From NCBI GenBank assembly GCA_001938485.1, contig MQRK01216237.1, forward strand, positions 1-59,069: DNA of 59,069 nucleotides. Reading direction: 5' to 3'. Each line of letters opens with the position of its first letter. Position 1 is the stretch's first letter. Under the pieces are notes generated by a model. It was not told where the DNA came from, did no database searches, and saw only the letters and a list, made by a program, of their open reading frames with translations. This DNA is from Girardia tigrina. Taxonomy: Eukaryota. Position numbers and translations under genes: made by a program. Of this stretch, positions 55,001 to 59,069 are shown piece by piece.

Positions 55001-55614
55001 GTGTAACTATTTTGTATGCACTAAAATGTTATCTTACACAAAAGAAAAAGAAAAAAATTAATTTAAAAAACGAAAAGGTAAATCTACCAAAGCTGGTTCC
55101 AAGCCCAGTGTAAAAAAATAAAGGACTCTTTTACATATAGACATTTTGTTCCTTCTATTTATCATGAAAAAATAAAGTACATTCGGGTCGAATGAATGCG
55201 GTTCGAACGGGTTGTGGATGAAAGAAAAGTGATGAAGGAACTCTAAACCATCGAAAGAACCAACTGTTTATTAATTTGAAGAAATCCACACTCTACTTAG
55301 TGAGGTTGCAAATAGAGGCTTACTAATTAAATACAAAACTTAATGGCAACTCTTTATTCAGTGCATTTGAATGATATAACCGATTATGTGATTACTTCTA
55401 ACATTTCAAAGTGGATTATAACAAATCCTTTTCTTCTTTAATACTTTAAATATTAAAAAAACATTTACTTACAGATCCGGATTGTATGATGAAAAAACAT
55501 TCCGCTGATTCTCCTTGACGAATGATACATTCTCCTTCTTCATGTCTTTGCAATTCAAGAAGCTCAACTAACTTGTTTAATTTAACTTCTGGTAAACCTT
55601 TAAGAAGGGGAACA
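1282..55614 (-). CDS. pkg: cGMP-dependent protein kinase (PKG), partial: 11 exons (1294 nt) encoding CNB-B and the complete kinase domain
   Basis: Manually spliced exons 55473-55614, 47076-47164, 46904-46972, 46775-46858, 46616-46730, 34376-34515, 34234-34323, 22371-22512, 7463-7626, 1396-1587, 1282-1348. All have GT-AG borders and compatible phases, with no stops. Motifs: [81 protein letters not shown]. Confidence 0.96.
1396..1587 (-). CDS. pkg: PKG exon, kinase subdomains X-XI ([20 protein letters not shown]…[16 protein letters not shown])
   Basis: ttttag acceptor and gtaaat donor; 192 nt; within ORF 1392..1628. Confidence 0.95.
2285..2520 (+). pseudogene. tubb: Decayed 5' fragment of beta-tubulin
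   Basis: Reads [18 protein letters not shown]…[18 protein letters not shown]…HRAIL…MDFVR, versus beta-tubulin MREI..QCGNQIGAKFWEVISDEH…YHGDSDLQLERINVYYNE…PRAIL…MDSVR. Contains stops and frameshifts. Confidence 0.88.
3120..3270 (-). repeat. Unknown dispersed repeat module, partial copy F
   Basis: catttagagtcattaacaactctcggaaagtctttcatcatttg…ttcgaacaattt aligns with 41136-41236. Confidence 0.65.
5530..5903 (+). mobile_element. Gypsy 3' end: pol tail, PPT (aaagaaggggga) and short 111-bp LTR (5793-5903)
   Basis: 5530-5800 is the close reverse complement of ~29780-30057. The LTR starts TATGAAGGG and ends GTTGCAACCACTTCTCACA, like the LTRs at 29235 and 45522. Confidence 0.85.
7463..7626 (-). CDS. 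pkg: PKG exon, DFG and activation loop ([54 protein letters not shown])
   Basis: atttag acceptor and gtaaga donor; 164 nt. Confidence 0.96.
8287..8940 (+). repeat. Unknown dispersed repeat module, copy A
   Basis: tgtgaggaatatttttg…ttttaggattgtgtttcgcccacccagatggaagattg…aaatttgttcgaataat…acgatgacgagctac…gagaattgttc; shared with copies B-G. Confidence 0.8.
9369..10430 (+). repeat. Unknown dispersed repeat module, copy B (tandem with A)
   Basis: tgtgaagaatatttt…gtgtttctcccacccagatggaaaattgg…atttgttccaataatt…cagaattgttcaaaagacaattc. Confidence 0.75.
10831..11240 (-). rRNA. 28S rRNA: Isolated ~410-bp fragment of 28S (LSU) rRNA, non-functional copy
   Basis: Contains universal LSU sites CGCCAGTTCTGCTTACC (10904-10920, LR6 primer), TCCTGAGGGAAACTTCG (11091-11107, LR5 primer) and GGTTCGATTAGTCTTTCGCCCCTATAC. 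No other rDNA nearby. Confidence 0.95.
11439..12666 (-). mobile_element. mariner transposon, mauritiana (Mos1-like) subfamily; middle falls in an assembly gap
   Basis: Perfect 28-bp TIRs ttaggtgtacaagtatgaaatgcggatt with TA TSDs. Mos1-like N-terminus [28 protein letters not shown]; C-terminus HDNA…[10 protein letters not shown]. Confidence 0.93.
16071..18122 (-). mobile_element. Decayed Ty3/Gypsy pol fragment (RT, RNase H, integrase), no LTRs
   Basis: ORFs 17495..17890 (KTAF…PFGL…YLDDILI), 17106..17339 (DTDAS…ELLAV), 16413..16889 (SDRG…ANGLAER), 16065..16409 (YDGPF); frameshifted. Confidence 0.92.
20005..21277 (-). mobile_element. Full-length mariner, mellifera-like subfamily, frameshifted
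   Basis: TIRs ttgggttgttcgga…ttcgttttt with TA TSDs; ORFs 20541..21119 (WIPHNL, TADEKW) and 20077..20406 (QDNA…DLAPSDY). Confidence 0.93.
21866..21927. repeat. (TA)n microsatellite
   Basis: Read directly from the sequence. Confidence 0.95.
22371..22512 (-). CDS. pkg: PKG exon, catalytic loop ([47 protein letters not shown])
   Basis: atttag acceptor and gttagt donor; 142 nt; overlaps ORF 22296..22496. Confidence 0.96.
22954..23186. mobile_element. Foldback MITE, probably piggyBac-type (~233-bp near-perfect palindrome)
   Basis: Arms of ~107 bp are near-perfect inverted repeats. Left end TTAA|CCC; right end GGA|TTAC, read as decayed GGG|TTAA. Confidence 0.85.
24464..24763. mobile_element. 300-bp MITE with ~45-50-bp TIRs and TA TSD (Tc1/mariner/pogo type)
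   Basis: ta|ccgttgtcgagttatatacgaaat…tgtcaaggaatcatct versus agatgattccttgaca…tatataactcgacaatgg|ta. Confidence 0.8.
25172..25750 (+). pseudogene. hsp90: Intronless 5' fragment of cytosolic HSP90 (N-terminal ATPase domain), decayed
   Basis: [34 protein letters not shown]…IGQFGVGFY…EYLEER. The catalytic Glu of LRELISN is Gly and many other invariant residues are changed. Homology stops at ~codon 193. Confidence 0.93.
26316..28258 (-). mobile_element. Old cecropia-type mariner, interrupted by an insertion (~26812-27520) and carrying a 146-bp internal duplication
   Basis: TIR-like ttgggttgacatgaaagttttgca at 28258. HTH remnant ([12 protein letters not shown]), then [14 protein letters not shown], resuming at ~26810 with TVW*SVGG…IITAE and …[17 protein letters not shown] (ORF 26479..26763). 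Confidence 0.75.
26817..27260 (+). repeat. Unknown dispersed repeat module, copy C (inside the mariner)
   Basis: tgtgaggaatgttttg…tgtgcctctcctacacagatggatgattgg…gcttgtgatattaataaatgttgtaaaactcatttggatg. Confidence 0.7.
28559..28895 (+). repeat. Unknown dispersed repeat module, copy D
   Basis: tgtgaggaatattttt…ttttaggattgtgtttctcccacccagatggaagattg…aaatttgttccaataatt…gaacgatgtatagct…ggagaattttcc. Confidence 0.8.
29235..30990 (-). mobile_element. Gypsy 3' part: integrase remnants, PPT (29780-29791) and 545-bp 3' LTR (29235-29779)
   Basis: ORFs 30441..30980 (HHCC zinc-binding region) and 30194..30478 (IHTDCG…SSPYHH); the PPT abuts the LTR start TATGAGGGG. Confidence 0.9.
31260..32821 (-). mobile_element. 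Decayed Tc1/mariner-superfamily element (DD41D/rosa- or Tc3-like) next to a (TA)n tract
   Basis: Degenerate TIRs agggtgatcaaaaagta / tacttttgaccactcct; ORF 31876..32217 ([17 protein letters not shown]); downstream FQQDRAP and [19 protein letters not shown]. Subfamily is inferred. Confidence 0.8.
32286..32640 (-). mobile_element. LTR-retrotransposon gag N-terminal fragment nested in the Tc1-like element
   Basis: [25 protein letters not shown]…[16 protein letters not shown]…[12 protein letters not shown] fits a Gypsy gag-like FDG..F.EW..KFE pattern; higher GC than flanks. Confidence 0.7.
33340..33882 (+). mobile_element. Penelope-like element 3' end (GIY-YIG endonuclease remnant plus tail)
   Basis: ORF 33322..33684 [30 protein letters not shown] matches the PLE GIY-YIG VY...C..C...YIG.T.R.L..R..EH motif. 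Confidence 0.88.
33770..33815 (+). ncRNA. Minimal type I hammerhead ribozyme motif in the PLE tail
   Basis: CTGATGA (33781) - t - stem II gcc/gtaat/ggc - GAAAC - palindromic ACATGT; weak stem I (ttcacaa / ttgaa); putative cleavage triplet GUU. Confidence 0.7.
33883..34008. repeat. (TA)n microsatellite with internal gap
   Basis: Read directly from the sequence. Confidence 0.95.
34234..34323 (-). CDS. pkg: PKG exon ([29 protein letters not shown])
   Basis: ttgtag acceptor and gtgaga donor; 90 nt; PKG-typical CLGGELW. Confidence 0.95.
   Translation of the reverse strand, partial: TLQNIQRCQICIHAHGGLFGWRTVDMSQG
34376..34515 (-). CDS. pkg: PKG exon, kinase subdomains II-IV ([46 protein letters not shown])
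   Basis: cttaag acceptor and gttgga donor; 140 nt; catalytic Lys in ALK. Confidence 0.94.
34751..35760 (+). mobile_element. hAT transposon remnant (GC-rich end plus C-terminal dimerisation domain)
   Basis: LHKWW… and [19 protein letters not shown] at 35520-35725 match the hAT dimerisation motif; GC-rich gggccgggcccg repeats at 34751-34818. Confidence 0.65.
36690..37920 (-). mobile_element. 3' half of a Chapaev3-type (CMC) transposon with an 87-nt intron, nested in the Tigger element
   Basis: ORF 36937..37887: [16 protein letters not shown]…CFICLWDS…LPPLHIKL…FVGPDTRKL…SLKVHFL…DYCW. Terminus taa|CACTACCCAACAA at 36690. Family assignment is from recalled motifs. Confidence 0.7.
39478..39885 (-). 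mobile_element. 408-bp non-autonomous deletion derivative of the mariner at 49971-51256
   Basis: Both TIRs (ttgggttgaggaataagttcccgc) and both subtermini are near-identical to 49971-51256; most of the transposase is deleted. Confidence 0.92.
41075..41586 (-). repeat. Unknown dispersed repeat module, copy G
   Basis: Reverse complement: ttgtgaggaaaattt…tggaaaattggtgtc…aaatttgttcgaatagtc…ATGATGATAAATGGT…GAGAGTTGT (ORF 41075..41275); similar to 3120-3270. Confidence 0.65.
42895..43383 (-). repeat. Unknown dispersed repeat module, copy E
   Basis: Reverse complement: tgcgaggaagattt…tttttaggattatgtttttccatccagaaggaagattg…aaatttgttccaataattagag…atgtcgagctactaaagttttg. Confidence 0.75.
44463..44830 (+). 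mobile_element. Decayed 5' fragment of an irritans-like mariner
   Basis: TIR-like ta|cgcggtgcgttcaagaagt; [11 protein letters not shown]…[10 protein letters not shown] remnant. Confidence 0.55.
45522..46135 (-). mobile_element. Solo LTR (614 bp) with 5-bp TSD CCGTC, same family as 29235-29779
   Basis: ccgtc|tgtgagaagtggttgcaac…aattaacccctcata|ccgtc; collinear with 29235-29779. Confidence 0.92.
46616..46730 (-). CDS. pkg: PKG exon, kinase Gly-rich loop (…[20 protein letters not shown])
   Basis: ttgtag acceptor and gtaaga donor; 115 nt. Confidence 0.95.
46775..46858 (-). CDS. pkg: PKG exon, end of CNB-B/linker ([27 protein letters not shown])
   Basis: ttacag acceptor and gttata donor; 84 nt; phase consistent with both neighbours. 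Confidence 0.88.
46904..46972 (-). CDS. pkg: PKG exon, CNB-B ([22 protein letters not shown])
   Basis: ttccag acceptor and gttcga donor; 69 nt; RTA motif with the cGMP-selective Thr. Confidence 0.9.
47076..47164 (-). CDS. pkg: PKG exon, CNB-B ([29 protein letters not shown])
   Basis: atttag acceptor and gtatgt donor; 89 nt; FGE start of the phosphate-binding cassette. Confidence 0.93.
48157..49040. mobile_element. Tc1/mariner-type element with perfect TIRs; interior is mostly an assembly gap
   Basis: ta|cagggtgcggcagctatttgagaac … gttctcaaatagctgccgcaccctg|ta. Confidence 0.85.
49971..51256 (+). mobile_element. Full-length mariner (mellifera-like), frameshifted
   Basis: TIRs ttRggttgagRaataagttYccgccg with TA TSDs; WVPHL, TGDEKW, QHDNA and [10 protein letters not shown] in broken frames. 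Confidence 0.94.
54546..54880 (-). mobile_element. Possible decayed CR1/L2-clade LINE C-terminal fragment
   Basis: Weak similarity to the post-RT motif (Y.ERL..L.L..L..RR...DL…FF..R); higher GC than flanks. Confidence 0.35.
55473..55614 (-). CDS. pkg: PKG exon, start of CNB-B ([47 protein letters not shown])
   Basis: atgcag acceptor and gtaagt donor; 142 nt; matches the PKG CNB-B pattern IIRQG...FFII..G. Confidence 0.93.
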
Positions 55615-55702
55615 CTGCATAAAAATAAGGATCATTAAATAAAAAATCATTAAAAACAAAGATTTAAAATAATTAACTGCCTAAATATATAAATATACCA
55701 AA

Positions 55703-55705
<3 letters not shown>

Positions 55706-55765
<60 letters not shown>

Positions 55766-55815
55766 NNNNNNNNNNNNNNNNNNNNNNNNNNNNNNNNNNN
55801 NNNNNNNNNNNNNNN

Positions 55816-55862
<47 letters not shown>
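55706..55862. repeat. (TA)n microsatellite with internal gap
   Basis: Read directly from the sequence. Confidence 0.95.
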
Positions 55863-55867
<5 letters not shown>

Positions 55868-56300
55868 AGTTGATTAAAGCTTTTTTTATATAAGTATTTG
55901 ACATTTTTCGATGTTTATATACATCATTATCAGCAATTTTAATACAATTTTAATAAATGCATTAACTTTAAAAGGTATATTACGTATTAAATACTATTAT
56001 TTATGAAAGTATTTTTGGGTAATAATGGTAAAAATATTTTAATTAAAAATTTTAAGTATTGAAATAACCTTACTTGCCCATTCTGAATGTTTATTGATGG
56101 GTTGTAGTGTCTTATTAGTAGAGATTCACAAAATTGTCGTTCGTAATGTGAATCAAATCCCTTTTGTAGAACAGAAAACTCATCTTTTGAAATGGATGAG
56201 GTTCTATCCTTACAACATAACCAATGATCAAGAACCTTACTCAATCGAGTGCTCGCTAATCCGGGTTTTGAGATGACGATTTGTCTTTCCGATGTGGGCC
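55863..56300 (-). mobile_element. Second Penelope-like 3' end (GIY-YIG C-terminus) with a degenerate hammerhead motif at ~55893-55940
   Basis: HIGKTNRHLKTRISEH and EFSVLQKG…FCESLLIRHYNPSINIQ; reverse complement CTGATAA-t-gatgt/atataa/acatc-GAAA-aatGTC. Confidence 0.8.
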
Positions 56301-56309
56301 TCCCATCTC

Positions 56310-57420
56310 TGTAATGGTATTGAGCCTAAGGCTCTTTAGAGGGTCCACCCAAAATAAAGTCCTTAAGGGCCCCTCGATAGGCCTCCTACGGAGTCAGTGG
56401 CCTTCCGCCTCTGAGCAGTCGGCTTGCCAGTAACGAACGACCAATCATGGAACTTTGTACCATGGTCGTACAAGCCGTTGGCTTTTACGGTGGACTCGTA
56501 ACAACCGCGAAATGGCACTTGAATTGTCCTCTTGCAGTCTTGTAATCGGCTGGCAGTCGGTATTGTAGGTGCGTCTCTTCTGCATCGTCGTTCGGCTGTA
56601 TCCTCGGCATACTCACAGTTACGTCCGGCAACTGAGGATTGGATTGGTTTGATGTCGCTTTTCCTCGTTCTCTTCTTCCAAGTTTTCTCTCTGGGCGTTG
56701 GATGTTGGCGTTTCTTGATGATTCTTCTGAATATGAATCCTTAGGAAACCAGCGGCCTTGTATTCCCTCGGACAGTGTTNNNNNNNNNNNNNNNNNNNNN
56801 NNNNNNNNNNNNNNNNNNNNNNNNNNNNNNNNNNNNNNNNNNNNNNNNNNNNNNNNNNNNNNNNNNNNNNNNGTTTAACTCCTTCACTTCCGCATATTGT
56901 TTGTAACAGGCATCCATCGGGCAGCTGTGTTCTTTCAGACGAGGTAGCACCAGTCTTAGTGTTTGCTCGTCCCCGCTTCTTTGGATTCTCTACAGTCGGA
57001 ATACTTTCTCAATCTTTCCATCCATCTTCAGTAAGTTTTCCTGCAGAACGTCTCTTTTAAATTCACCGAAACTGTACTCAGCTCAAAAGAGCCAGTGAGC
57101 ATCCACTCTGAGACATTCTACCAGATGTTGCTTTCTCCGACCGCTGATCTTCTTTCCTCCGATGAATTCGCATCCACTGATCTGCTTGACGTTCTCCGGG
57201 CATTCTCCTAAATCGACCTTGGTATTGTGTACGATTCTTCTCCGCGCGATGATATCCATTGGGCTTTGCAGTCCAATTGATATCCCATCCATCCTGATCC
57301 TTTCGGCTTTCGAAATCCCCAAAGTTCGCCGAGTACATAGATTGTGAAATGCTTTTAGCTTTTTCATGTGTACTTCATTTGTCCTCCAATTTTCACAGTA
57401 CGAGTTTGACACCCGTGACA
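56310..57420 (-). mobile_element. RTE-like LINE 3' fragment (post-RT region and zinc-finger-like tail)
   Basis: CENW…KKLKAFHNLCTRRTLGISKAERIR…RRR…RMP…GRRKQ matches the RTE C-terminal pattern; CPMDACYK is zinc-finger-like. Confidence 0.7.
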
Positions 57421-57921
57421 ATTAAATTTATATACCAGATTAACTTTCAAATCACAAACTGTTTTAATTAATTAATAATAATAATAATAAATTAATTAAT
57501 AATAAATTTCCGGAGGGGTTGAGAGGGGGAATCACCGCAGCGAGAAGCAGCGTCCACTACGATGCATAAAAATCTGCGATCATCCACAACACCGGCATTG
57601 TTGGCGTTTAAAAAATTTGTAGTCAATTTAATCTCTTTTTTGTGCATTTTTTCATTAACAAAATTGTTTACTTATTATGTTGAAACGAAACATTTGGTAT
57701 GCATAAATTAATTTTTATTTTTTAGTATATTTGTTAAGTTTAATGAGAGAAGCAGTCGGAACCAGACATTAAGAAAGGTTGGGTCTAAGGTGATGTTAAT
57801 TTCTTGAAGTAATTTATTGTTGAGTTATTGTTGATCGAATATTTAAAATAAAAAGATAAGGAAATCGCAAAATGAAGATCTATTTGTGAACACGTATTTA
57901 TAATATATTAAAAACTCCGAC

Positions 57922-58339
57922 GTATGTGCCCGAGATTGGTCAATATGAAGGGGCCAATTTCTCCTCCACGACAACGCCCGGCTACACATCGCAAAACCGA
58001 CTCTGCAAAAGCTAAACGAATTGGGCTACGAAACTCTGCCTTATCTATCAGACTCATCGAACCTCTCACCAACCGACTACCATTTTCCCAAGCATCTGGA
58101 CTACTTCCTGTAGGAAAAATGCTTCAAAAACCAAGACGACGCCAAAGACGCCTTTAACGCTTTCAACGCATCTGGAACTCAGGAGTTCTACACTAAGGGA
58201 ATCAATAAAATTGTTTCTCGTTGGCAAAAATGTATTGATTCTGATGGTTTTTATTTCGATTAATAAAGTCTATTCTGTGCTGAGTTACATTTGTTTAAAG
58301 TTTAGGTTAAAACCCTGCTTTGCTTTTGCAACAACCTAA
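57922..58339 (+). mobile_element. 3' fragment of a cecropia-subfamily mariner
   Basis: LHDNAR.H…LSPTDYHF.KHLD…GINKIVSRWQKCIDSDGFYFD*, followed by TIR cttttgcaacaacctaa|ta. Confidence 0.88.
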
Positions 58340-59069
58340 TATATTCTTATCACGTCGATTTTGGGGTTGACAATCAATGTAAACACATTTGCATCATTCA
58401 GAGAAATAATCCACAAAATAAAATTTTACAATTTTTGAATTAAATATATTTTTGTTGGTAATTTCTCTAACTCTGCAACATTATTTCTAATTAGAACATA
58501 AAGTAAAAGTCTTGTCGACGTTTGGTGTTGAGGAAAAACGTTCAGTCGAGCGTGTCGGATTTATGAAGCACATCGCGCATTTAGAGAGATGATGCAAAAA
58601 GGTTAAGTAAAATACGATTTTTGCATTTCTGTTGAATAAATCAGCAAAATTCGTCACCTAGATTATTTAATTTATTGTTTAAATCGAATGAAAAATTCAA
58701 TATTAGAAAGGAGTTGATGATCACAAAACAAAAAACATAAAATTGATGAAATCTTCAAGATAGAATCTCTATCTCTTCATTGTTACCCTTTTGTTTTACA
58801 AATTTTATCGTTTTTCATAATTACTGGAAAACAAAAACAAATAGTTCTAATAGATCAAGTGATAAAATATTTATTAATTTTTAAATAAAATATTTAAATT
58901 TTATTAAATATATTTGTCATTAATGATTTTAAAATTCATGTTACAATTTTTCGACAATTAATTTTAATCAAACGTTTCCTGTTTTCATTACTTAAATTAA
59001 TTAGCTAAAACCTCACAAATATAAATTAAGTGTTAATAGTTTTACAATTATATATATATATATATATAT

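Overview
AT-rich eukaryotic genomic DNA with assembly gaps. The very low GC, 44-52 nt minimal introns and dense mariner content suggest a freshwater planarian or similar invertebrate; this is inference and was not verified. The window lies within one minus-strand gene, a cGMP-dependent protein kinase (PKG). Eleven GT-AG exons (55614 down to 1282) splice into one continuous frame covering cyclic-nucleotide-binding domain B and the whole kinase domain; the N-terminal exons and the terminal exon were not found in the window. The five large introns (6-15 kb) are filled with mobile-element debris. DNA transposons include mariners of several subfamilies, a Tigger/pogo element carrying a Chapaev3-type fragment and a mariner deletion derivative, a Tc1-like element carrying a gag fragment, MITEs and an hAT remnant. 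Retroelements include Gypsy pol fragments, a Gypsy family with TA...CA LTRs, Penelope-like 3' ends with hammerhead-ribozyme motifs next to (TA)n tracts, and LINE remnants. There are also fragments of abundant housekeeping RNAs (beta-tubulin, 28S rRNA, HSP90). The least explained signal is an uncharacterised diverged repeat module starting TGTGAGGAA and containing CCCACCCAGATGGAA and a short Cys/Asn-rich ATG-initiated frame, present about 7-8 times in both orientations, with one copy interrupting a mariner.
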